In this document: positions 52,856 through 64,000 of the stretch, in pieces
Layout: each line of letters starts with the position of its first letter
How positions within the stretch are numbered: the first letter of the stretch is position 1
NCBI GenBank assembly: GCA_951406725.2
Contig: OX597815.1
Location: 43,214,001 to 43,278,000 of the forward strand
From: Octopus vulgaris
Taxonomy: Eukaryota
Reading direction: 5' to 3'
DNA length: 64,000 nucleotides
Notes under the pieces: generated by a model
The model's input: the letters and a program-made list of their open reading frames with translations, nothing else
Database searches by the model: none
What the model was told of the DNA's origin: nothing
Made by a program: the position numbers and the translations under genes

Positions 52856-53164
52856 TTTTTCGCCCTTTTCGAGCCTAGCCAGGCTCATGGGCCCGGTTTC
52901 CCGGTTTCTGTGATGTATGTGTTCCCCCCAGCTGGACGGGACGCCAGTCCATTGCAGCGTTACTCAAGAAACAGGAAGAGAGAGTGTGAGAAAGTTGTGC
53001 CGAAAGAGTACAACAGGGATCGCCACCGCCCCCTGCCGGAGCCTCGTGGGGCTTTTAGTTGTTTTCGCTCAATAAACATACATAACGTCCGGTATGGGAA
53101 TCAAAACCGCGATCCTCCGACCACGAGTCTGCTGCCCTAACCAATGGGTCATTGCGCCTCCACT
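52856..53164 (-). mobile_element. SINE with family C head and a MetaSINE-like tail
   Basis: Head matches 39466; tail gcaatggactggcgtcccgtccag..cagaaaccgggaaaccgggcccatgagcc; TSD cttgtatcaat (52843-52853 and 53165-53175). Confidence 0.85.
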
Positions 53165-54012
53165 CTTGTATCAATAGCAGAAAGAAATGCATTGCTAATT
53201 ACTGCAACAATGGTTATTTTAACTACTGCATGAGGGAAAACACTGTTGACTTTGAAAGAATCAGCGAGATTCAGAACTTGGTTCTCTCCAGTATTTACAA
53301 TCGCTACTGGTCTTCTTCAAATACCAAATAATATATTTATTATCTTGATTTAATGGAAAGTATTAATTTCTCATCTGTTGGAAAGCCTATTTTTATTGAG
53401 GAAGAATGAACCTTATTTAACGTTGATGAATCTATTGTCGATAATAACCGACTCAGCAAATTAGCTTCGATCATCTATCAAAACTAGTACGTGTACTTGG
53501 CTTTTTGGAGATAACAAAATACTTAATAAAAAAAAATATTTTCTGAATAACAAGTGACTGGATTAACCACTTCAATGCGTGAAGCGGGTATATCCGTTCA
53601 ATGTGTCATTATTGTTAACTGTAGGAAGCTGTGTAACCAACGGCTTTGAAAAAGGCCTTTCCTAATGCTGCGGGAAGCGGAGTAACCCCTCGTGATACTT
53701 TTTTTGGCTACGAAAGAAAATTCTTCAGATATTTCTAAATTTTTTTCACATCTTTCATCAAATATCTCTTTTACAGAGCAAGAATCAAATACTTTTTGTG
53801 GCGGATATGAAAACCTTACTTACAGGAGATACGGAAAATGTATTGTAGAGACAGAATATATCAATTCAGTTTTTGGTGGATACTTATCATCATTGCGGGA
53901 ATGATCATAAAATTTAATTATCAAACAAAAGTTTTAAGCTTTGAAAGTAAATATTCCTTCACTCATGAATAATTGGTGTGAAATAAAGCACACACTCTCA
54001 TAGAAGTAATAC

Positions 54013-54218
54013 TGGTTTCCAATTTTGGTAGAAGGCCAGCAATATCGGAAGGGGTTAAGCCGATTACATCGACCCCAGTGCTCAGCTGGTACTTATTTTA
54101 TCGACCCCGAAAGGATGATAAGCAAAATTGGCGGAATTTGAACTCAGAACATGAAGACAGACGAAATGCCGTTAAGAAGTTTATCCGGCGTTTAAACAAT
54201 TCTGCCAACTCACCACCT
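54013..54218 (-). mobile_element. SINE family B
   Basis: cgattacatcgaccccagtgctcagctggtacttattttatcgaccccgaaaggatga. Confidence 0.88.
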
Positions 54219-54585
54219 TCTGTCATAGAATTAATATTGTAAAATTATCGCCATTTTTCAATGTCTAACCACGACCTACTGGGGACGGATTAGTCTTAAA
54301 ATTTAGAAATTCATAAAAAAGAAAAACCCGCTTTAAATGAATTTAATAACCTAAGTCGGTATTTAGAGTACATGTAACTTCTACCAGTCGTAAAGCTATG
54401 CAAACAGCTATTTGCTTTCGTATTATATGACAAATAAATGAGATTGTCAAAGTTCCTAGTTAAACATTTGTCAGTTGATCGATAATTTGGACTTTTAACA
54501 CTGAAGATTATTTGTTAAAGAAATGTGGGTAGATATGAAAAGCAGTTTTAATATATTTGGTTTGTTTTATAATTAACATACCATT

Positions 54586-54750
54586 AGGCGACAAGCTGGC
54601 AAAATTGTGAGTGTGTTGGACAAAATGCCTACAGGCTCTTCACCTCTTAGTTCAAATTCCGCCGCCATCGATTTTGCCTTTCGTCTTTTGAGGTCGATAA
54701 AATAAGTACTAGCTGAGTACTGGGCTGATGTTATCGATTAATTCCTCACC
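54586..54750 (+). mobile_element. SINE family B
   Basis: ggcgacaagctggca..gttcaaattccgcc..gtcgataaaataagtact. Confidence 0.8.
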
Positions 54751-54796
54751 ACCACCACTCCCGACATTGATAGTCTTTTACCAAAATTGGAACCAC

Positions 54797-54857
<61 letters not shown>

Positions 54858-55584
54858 TGTGTATGTGTGTGCGTATATATATATATATATGTGTATATAC
54901 ATAAGTTCTTGACGATTCTATAGACGATGACGTCGTAATCATCGTCACAGTCATCACCGCCACCTTCAACAGGAGCAGCAGACCCATCCCCACACCCGCC
55001 TCGTCGCCGTCATCGTGGTAGTGTTGATCCGCATCGTTGTCGTCGCCAGCATAAATTACGTCACCAGCATTATTACTATTATTATCGGCAATGTCGCTGC
55101 TGTTGCCAATGATACAACCATCGCCATCTCTAGACACTTATTCATATCAACACTATCATTATCATGTTCATGAAAATACCATTTTCATATTTATAAATTA
55201 ATTTATGAGTCGTAATTATGGTTTTGTAATTAAAAGTTTGCTAAACATTGCTGATACTGGTAATTGGGCATGAGTATTTCTTGCATATTCTTTAAATTAA
55301 TGTACATTGTTGTGCAGATGCGGTTGTGTGGCAAAAGGTAAGAGGCTTAGTGCCTCATTTTGTAAGGACGTGGAGTCCATTTGTGAATCAATGTAGGACG
55401 TTCAACACCTCATTTATGTTTTTTTGGGGGGAAAAATGAACATTGTTTTCGAGAAGTAGCGATCGGCGGGCGTTGTCTATCTTCTCCCATTAATATCATC
55501 TATTTTGTTTCGTTCATCTAATTTTTGTTTATTGTCCAACCCGCATTGCTTCTATGTAAAGCCCTTGTGGCTAATTTTATGAAA

Positions 55585-55945
55585 TAAAGAAGTTTGCTTC
55601 CTAACCACATGGTTTCGGATTCAGTCCTTTCACGTGGCATCTTAGGCAAGTATCTTCTATAGTCCCGGGCCACCAAAGCCTTGTGAGTGGATTTGGTAGA
55701 CGGAAACTGAAGGAAGCCCGTCGCATATATGCATGTTTATATCTATGTGTGTCTGTTTTTGTGGTTCTCTTCAACCATCGCTTAACAGCCGTTGTTAGCT
55801 GTTTACATCCTTTTAAGCTTAGTGGTTCGGCAAAAATTGTCCAATCGAATAAGCACCAGACTTTAAAAACAAAATGTACTGGGGTCGATTTCTTTGACTA
55901 AACCCTTCTAGCCAGTGCCTAGCATAGCTGCAATCTAACAACTTA
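55585..55945 (+). mobile_element. SINE family A, degenerate
   Basis: aaccacatggtttcggattcagtcc..ggatttggtagacggaaactgaa..ggggtcgattt. Confidence 0.8.
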
Positions 55946-56661
55946 ACCTATATTAACCCACAGTCCTCGTTTGAGGACAGTTGTATTTGGTTTATTTACC
56001 GAAATAAAGGTTAGCTGGAAGCAAAATAGTGTTTGTTGTATTTATTTAACCATTGTTTTTGGTTTATTTACTGCAATAAAGGTTAACTGGACGCTTCCGT
56101 ATGTTTGTTATCTCTATTTACATGACTATCTTTAAAATTTCGACAGGGTTAACCTGGATTAAAATGGGTTAAACAAGTAAAAGATATATACGTACATACA
56201 TACATGCATACATACATACATACATACATACATACATACATACATACATACATACATACATACACATACATACATACACATGTATATGTATAGATGCAGA
56301 CAAAGCATCTCCCAGCCACTCACAGAAACACACACGCACACAACACTGCGCAAAAATCCTAGATACATATACACTTTCACTAATCCTCTTTCAGAATATG
56401 TAATGGGTAATGAAATTCTTCGCTCTATTTTAAAATATAGTAATTTTATATAAAATAATTTTCGGTGTGCATTTGATCAAGTATCTGATTTTAAATTAAT
56501 TCTGTAACTAATAACTGACTTTGCTTGATAAAACAGCTTCAGATCTCTTTAAAATGCTAAGCTGTAATTTGGCGATATAAACAAGTTCATGTGGATGACA
56601 TTCTGTACCTATTTTTGGATTTTTGTTTTTGTCTGCTTCTCGGTTGTTCTTTGTTTTAAAC

Positions 56662-56999
56662 CAGTAGTTCTCAACCATTTTTTACCTATGGATCCCATTT
56701 GATTCCGCTTTCATTCGGTCGGTCTCTCGAAGCCAGTCGACGTCTAAAAACTTGTATTTCATAGTTATATACTATTAGGAACTCTTTTACTCTTTTACTT
56801 GTTTCAGTCATTTGAATGTGGCCATGCCGGAGCACCGCCTTTTTTTAGTGGAGCAAATCGACCCCAGGACTTATTCTTTGTAAGCCTAGTACTTATTCTA
56901 TCAGTCTCTTTCGCCAAATCACTAAATTACGGGGACGTAAACACACCAGCATCGGTTGTCAAGCGATATTTGGGGGGACAAACACAGATACACAAACAT

Positions 57000-57030
<31 letters not shown>

Positions 57031-57327
57031 CATCTATACGACGGGCTTCTTTCAGTTTCCGTCTACCAAATCCACTTACAAGGCTTTGGTCGGCCCGAGG
57101 CTGTAGTAGAAGACACTTGCCCAAGGTGCCACGCTGGGGACTGAACCCGGAACCAAGTGGGGTTCGTAAGCAAGCTACTCCTACGCCTACAGTAAAAAAA
57201 AATGTTAAAATTGCTAAAATATTTTGAGTATTAGAGTTGTATAAACAGTTTATTGCACATAAATTTTTAACAATAACATCTTATATGGACTCCCAAGGGC
57301 CATATGGACCCCGGTTGAGAAACACTG
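56662..57327. mobile_element. hAT (Charlie-like) MITE containing a nested family A SINE (56781-57190, minus strand)
   Basis: TIRs cagtagttctcaacc / ggttgagaaacactg; imperfect 8-bp TSD ttttaaac / atttaaat. Confidence 0.75.
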
Positions 57328-57865
57328 ATTTAAATAGTTCCATAAAAGTTTAATAATGTTTACTCTAAGCTTTCAAGGAGACCATATCAACTGTTAAACT
57401 TCTCTAGATCTGAATTTGTTTTCCCAAATACGATTTTAGATTCATTGCCGTGTGCTGAAAAGCAAACTGGTTTTCAATAAGACGCCTTCCAGCTGTCAAC
57501 GCATGCTAGGTTAGTATCCAGCGATATTTCTCAGCATGCATCTATCTCGTCGACTTTTACTAAATTCCTGGCTCCATAAGCTGACACATAACAACGGGCA
57601 TTAATAAATCATTCACCCATGCTTGATTCTTACCTTTTTATCTTTTATCTACTATTTGTTTCAGTCATTGGGCTTTGGCTCTGCTAGATCATCGCCTTGA
57701 AGGATTGAACGGCTAAGTCGAAGAAATCGTTACCGGTACTTATTCTGACGGTCTCTTTTGGTGAATTCGGCAAGATAAAGGGGACGTAAACAAACGAATA
57801 CCACGACTACTCACACAGATACATACATACATACACAGACACAAATATGTAACCGATATATATGA

Positions 57866-58062
57866 GGCGGCGAGCAGCTAGAAACGTTAGAACGCTGGGC
57901 GAAATGCTTAGTGGTATTTCGTCTGCGGTTACGTTTCCGCCGAGGTCGACTTTGCCTTTCATCCTTTCGGGGTCGATAAATTAAGTACCAGTTACGCACT
58001 GGGGTCGATGTAATCGACTTAATGTCTTTGTTTGTTCCCTTTATTGTGGACAATAAAGAAAT
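57866..58062 (+). mobile_element. SINE family B
   Basis: ggcggcgagcagctagaaacgttag..gtcgactttgcctttcatcctttcggggtcgataaattaagtacc. Confidence 0.88.
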
Positions 58063-58212
58063 AAGATATATATATATATATATATATAGTAGCGACAGAA
58101 GCAGTATTAATCCCCAATTAAAAGTCGCTGCGGCCATGCTAATGTACCACCGTTTTGCTACACTGTTATTACTGTGCTTGCGTGCGCATGTGTGTGTATC
58201 TATATCTATGTT

Positions 58213-58284
<72 letters not shown>

Positions 58285-58977
58285 TCGCGCATCAGTAAAT
58301 TTATGACAAAAGAACAGGTTTGCGAAATCACCTTCATTAACTTACACCTGCTTCTGCTAATAAGAACCAATGCACTCAAAGCTGATACTTATTTTTATAG
58401 CAGAAACATCTGTAAGCTAATGAGAATGATTTAGTAACTCCTGTTTCATTGTCATTACGCTCCGTGATCTCCTGACACTTTAATGGAAAGCATAAGTGTT
58501 TGAGATATAACGATTGGTTGTACGTATCATTATCCCTAAGCAAAATCGTTATAAATATGTGCGCGTGTATGTGTATGTATGCGTGTACGTGCACATATGC
58601 CTTTGAGCGTGCGCTTGTGTATATGATTCCGCTTATCCTCAGTAGTACCAATAACCAGTTGTTAGAACTCAGTACATTTATACTTCACAATATTAGTAAT
58701 GTTTGTGCGGGGAGGAGTTGCATCTTGGTCGAAGTACTCTACTCCTGACTCGTCTATAAACCGGCACATCAGTACAAACCGTAATGCAAAAGCAGAAGTC
58801 ACGCAATCACTTTCAGCAGCTTTCCTTATTTCAGACCTGTTTCCGATATAAGGAACTGAGTGAGAGTGCGACATATTATAAATTCTTCAGAACTATTAAT
58901 TAATTCATTCACAGGTAAATATATGTATTTATAGATCAATAAATGGTGGGGTTGTGTTGACCGCACGTGGAGAAATG

Positions 58978-59117
58978 ATAAGCAAGGAAAAATTGTAAAA
59001 ATGCAGAATGCTAAATTGAAAGAAAATTTTAATGAAATGAGAAATTTCAATTTCTCATTTCATTAAAATTTTCTTTCAATTTAGCATTCTGCATTTTTAC
59101 AATTTTTCCTTGCTTAT
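58978..59117. repeat. Perfect palindrome with 69-bp arms and a 2-nt spacer
   Basis: 58978-59046 is the exact reverse complement of 59049-59117. Confidence 0.9.
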
Positions 59118-59738
59118 GTATTTATATATACATATATATTAAAATACACGGATAAATATAGGTATCTAAACATACCCTATTCGATGCTTGTTAATTCTTT
59201 CGAGTTAAATCGCCTTTTCGTAAATTTGAGGTCCATCATGTAGGGTATCCAAAACTCAGTCTGCTTACCAAGGAACCTTGGTGGAATTGCAAATTTTCTT
59301 GCAGGGGATTCGAAAATGCACAATTTAGTATAATAAACCTTTTGTTTTAAGATCAGAGATGACATCATGCATGCACACATATTGCTTTAGTATTAATCTT
59401 AAGAAATTAGGGTTCTCTAAACCAGAAAGTAGAAAGCTGATTACATGATTACAAATGCAAACCACCCATAGAACTGTCAAAATGTGTAACACTTTCTAAA
59501 AGTTCAGCCTTTGGATACTTATGCATATGTCTAGACATACAACTGTATGTACGAGAAAGCATGCGTAAAACAATACATACAAATCTTACACATATACACA
59601 CGAACACGCACAAGTACCGTGGCAGTGTTTAAAATTCCAATAAAAGGATCCTTGGATTTGGATCTTAGTTAAAAACCGACTCTTTCGCCACTGAGAAGAA
59701 ATGTAGAAAATAGATCTAATTAATTGCAAACAAACAAG

Positions 59739-59827
59739 CATACATACATACATACATACATACATACATACATACATACATACATACGTAGATATATACA
59801 TACGTACGTTCGTACATGCATGCATAC

Positions 59828-59858
<31 letters not shown>

Positions 59859-59920
59859 CATACATACATACATACATACATACATACATACATACATACA
59901 TACATACATACATACATACA

Positions 59921-59951
<31 letters not shown>

Positions 59952-60322
59952 GCATACATACATACATACATACATACATACATACATACATACATACATA
60001 CATACATACGTAGATATATACATACGTACGTTCGTACATACATACATACATACATACATACATACATACATACATACATACATGCATACATACATACATA
60101 CACACATACATACATACATACTTACATACATTCATACATACATACACACACATACATACATACACACATACATACATACATACATATATACATACATACG
60201 TAGATATATACATACGTACGTTCGTACATATATACATACATACATGCATGCATGCATACATACATACATACATACATACATACATACATACATACATAAT
60301 ACATATATACATACATACATAC

Positions 60323-60353
<31 letters not shown>

Positions 60354-60435
60354 CATACATACATACATACATACATACATACATACATACACACATACAC
60401 ACACACATACATACATGCATACATACATACATGCA
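59739..60435. repeat. (CATA)n array with a higher-order interruption unit
   Basis: cgtagatatatacatacgtacgttcgtaca recurs at about 59787, 60009 and 60199. Confidence 0.92.
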
Positions 60436-61086
60436 CACAAGATGATGGCCTCATCATGTCACATGATAGCCGTCTCACACTCTTCCGATTTACTTTCACC
60501 CTTGCATGTACTTGGGTATAACTTTTCACACCAACTATCCGTCGCCATAGAACTTTATGAACTACAAATCGTACCAAAAAATGAAAGGACAGTGAGACAT
60601 CTGCACATGATTGGATTTAAGTAACAAAGCTTATACCACGCTTTGACATTGTCTCAGTCGTTATAGTAGGTTCCCATGACAAGCATTGCAAAATTACTGG
60701 TACTATTTTGACTGCAACTTGTATGTCCTAGAATAACTGACTTAGCCACCTGGGAGTAATGGTAATTAAAGGGTGACTACACGCCCTCCACAACCCTGGA
60801 ACTCCTGAACTGTAGCCTCACCACCAAATACAGTTTAATGTCATACATACATACATACAAACAAAGGGAGCGTCTGTGTTTGCTCGCGTCTACTTGGGGA
60901 CTAAAACAGTTAGCAAATGCTTGGTGCATGTTACTAAGTCGTACCTACTTGCCAGTCACGGCTGGCTGTACTGTAAGTATGTTTAAAGATGGACGAAATC
61001 TTGCATAACGCACCCAACCAAATGAAACTATGCATGGCAATTACAAATTTCCGTTCCAGAAATATCGTCATGCCACATAAGCAAAA

Positions 61087-61142
<56 letters not shown>

Positions 61143-61200
61143 GTGCGTGTACATGCACGTTTGAGTATAATTATATATGCATATACATACATATATACAA

Positions 61201-61269
<69 letters not shown>

Positions 61270-62272
61270 ATATGTATTTACGTAAATACACACGCACATG
61301 CACAAGTATATACGCACACACACATACATGCCTGCATACATACAAACACACGTTATTCAGTGTATGTGTATGCACGCATACTCGCTAATGAACCCATAAA
61401 AGCCTACACACTCATACACATACGCATATGCATAATTCATATCAAGTATTCTTCCCTATTTCTCACCCATACTCTCTCTCTGTCATTTTTTAACTGCACA
61501 CATATCTATTTTGCACAAGTCCACTCCCCTTATCTTTATTCATTTTCAGTTCTCCATCCTATTTCTCTGTTCTTTTCTACACTTAGTTCATCTTTTCCTT
61601 CTCATTCTCTCTCTCTCTCTCTCACTCTCCATATTTTCTCAACATCCTTTCTCCCACTTATCTTAAGTGTTGCACTTGTTCATTCTTTCTCTCTCTCCCT
61701 CCATTTACCTTTGTCTATACAGTGGTTTGCTGGAATCTCCTCAACCACAGCTTCGTCTACTGGGCGAGCAGATCTAATGTTGAAAGTCCCAAAACCTCCT
61801 AATACCTAAGAAATCGCTGATGATGCAACCTAGGGCATCCGAGATCTGTATTCTTGAACTAAATGACTATTTGCACCTTATCTTGGGTCCTCAACTTCTT
61901 TATGCAGCAGGTGCTGTTGTAGAATATGGCATGTTTAAAGCATGTTTTTTATAACTGATGAAACACATCCCTCTCCAGATCTGACTACCGCTGATGTCTT
62001 CCATAAGAGAGAAAGACGGAAGAATCGCCTCTAGAATGGTATAGTTGATTGTGACGATTGCTTAGAGACCCGGGACGATAAGCACAAATCAATCTAACCG
62101 ACGCGCTAACAATTCTGCTAATCGGCCGGTTAAACATACATACATACATACATACATACATACATACATACATACATACACACACATGTATATAGACATA
62201 CACATACACGCATATATATAGACTCACACACGCACGCACGCATACACACATATGATTTTTCTGTATGCGTGC

Positions 62273-62310
<38 letters not shown>

Positions 62311-62315
<5 letters not shown>

Positions 62316-62424
62316 TGGTGGCTGCAATGCCGTAGTGGAGTATATAACTCTCAAGTCTCTGGTGTTAAAATATCGGCGACATGAGAGTTATATACTCCGC
62401 TATGCCATTCCAGCCACCGGAATA
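62311..62424. repeat. Near-complete hairpin adjacent to (TA)n
   Basis: ttctggtggctgcaatgccgtagtggagtatataactctca / tgagagttatatactccgctatgccattccagccaccggaa. Confidence 0.85.
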
Positions 62425-62539
62425 TACACAAAGCATATACATTGGTATATGTATTTATAAATACATTTCTATGTATGTATTATAAACACATATATGCATA
62501 CGCATATATATGAAACTATATATCATAAATGATTATGTA

Positions 62540-62695
62540 AACAAACACACACACACATGCACGTATGTACGTATGTATGTATATATGTATGTATGTATGT
62601 ATGTATATATGTATGTATGTATGTATGTATGAATGTATGTATGCATGCATGTATGTATGTATGTATGTATGCATGCATGCATGCATGTATGTATG

Positions 62696-62729
<34 letters not shown>

Positions 62730-62762
62730 TGTATGTATGTTTGTATGTATATATGCATGCAT
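62540..62762. repeat. (TATG)n microsatellite
   Basis: Direct reading. Confidence 0.95.
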
Positions 62763-63589
62763 AAAACGTACATAGCATTCTGTCGTACATGTCAGAATAA
62801 ATGTTCGAATACGATTTCCACGGTTCAACATATAATTGCGTAAATGCACTCATGCACTAACAAGCAGTTTATGTTAAGTTGTTACTTAGCGTGCCAATAA
62901 CTGGCTTAGCCTGGACGTTTAAGAACAAGGGGCGGGAGTAGTCTAGGTGACTCAGTGCATCTATTCAAATGTACGGCTGCAATTTGAAAGGAGTGCCTTT
63001 AAATAACAATATTCAACAAGCACAGCTAACGTCATCAGCGTTATCAGAAATCACCTCTCTCGGTAGCCACACGCACACAACGCACACTAAAACCACCACC
63101 ACCATCACCCACCGTCGCCACCACCACTGCCGCCCCCGCCGCCACCATCACTACCACCACTACCACTGTAAGAACGATTATAATTATATTTTCAACCACA
63201 ATCATGACGACCATTATTACAGCGACTGCAAGAACTGGAGTAGAAACGTGTAGCTCCTTGTCAGCCCAGCTTAGCCCGAACTAGATTCGTTATCAAAGGT
63301 ATACCAACTGTGATCACAAGCTTTGTAAAAAAATTAATTGATGAAAAATTAATTACAATATATTCGCCCAATTAATTGATTGGGGTCGTGCTGCCAATTA
63401 AATAATTGATTGCTATCATATCAATTATAAAAAAATAAATGCACCCTTTTAAAGCCTAGCCAGGCTCATGGGCCCGGTTTCCCGGTTTCAATTTTATACC
63501 AATTGCTATTTTTATTTTAGTTATGTTACTTTAGTTTGATTTTAATTATTACTTACTACATATAATTCAATTGTTATTATTATTATTAT

Positions 63590-64000
63590 TGTTAAAGTGA
63601 AAGTATCTGACATAAAATAGAGAAACGTTTTTGTTTCACTTTTAACACGTAATACTGAAATAGTGGAGAAGATATGATATTGCTATGGGCTCGCTCTAGG
63701 CAAGAAGTTGAACATTTTTTTTGCCCATGAAACTACATGGACCCTAAGTAAGGCATGTGTAAAATTTGAATGGAATTGGTTGTGTAGTTCTTAAGTTTTA
63801 TGGAATCGTAGTGGAGAAGATATGATATTGCTGTGGGCTCGTCCTAGGAAAAAAGTTCAAAATTTTTTTGCCGATGACACTCCTCGGACCCTAAGTAAGG
63901 CATGTGTAAATTTTGAATGAAATTGGTTGTGTAGTTCTCAAGTTTTAGGGAAACACACAGACAGATAGACACACAGACACACATTCTCAGTTTTATATAT
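63590..64000 (-). mobile_element. Non-autonomous Helitron-like element with a 150-bp tandem repeat; runs off the window
   Basis: Units at about 63661-63808 and 63810-63950; minus-strand start atatataaaactgagaatgtgtgtctgtgtgtctatctgtctg resembles 5' ends of Lep1/HINE-type Helitrons. Confidence 0.55.

Noticed and set aside
54778-55137. Acidic 119-aa ORF
   Set aside because: Degenerate trinucleotide low-complexity sequence running into (CA)n
55957-56168. TTAA-CCCA...TGGG-TTAA possible piggyBac MITE
   Set aside because: Terminal match is only about 4 bp; insufficient

Overview
AT-rich eukaryotic (metazoan) non-coding DNA saturated with microsatellites ((TA)n, (CA)n, (CATA)n, (TAA)n) and transposable elements. 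The repeat families look like those of Octopus (cephalopod) genomes; this is recall, not a database match. Nearly all ORFs in the track are microsatellite or SINE artefacts, and no host gene is firmly supported. Supported content: dozens of tRNA-derived SINE copies from at least 4 families; a cluster of R4/Dong-type restriction-like-endonuclease LINE fragments beside (TAA)n, one with an uninterrupted 361-aa ORF; an internally deleted RTE LINE; Tc1, mariner, hAT, Sola3-like, piggyBac-like and Helitron/Helentron-like relics; and a Penelope-like element (GIY-YIG) with an inverted pseudo-LTR. The most notable signal is a set of minimal type I hammerhead ribozyme motifs (23461-23518 +, 22140-22197 -, 14464-14501 +, 6999-7036 -, plus degenerate ones). 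They sit in the Penelope relic and in several short non-coding elements that lie inside (TA)n/(CATA)n tracts and often form inverted fold-backs. Two speculative, phase-compatible minus-strand exons are also flagged. Repeat boundaries were read by eye and are approximate unless a TSD or TIR is quoted.
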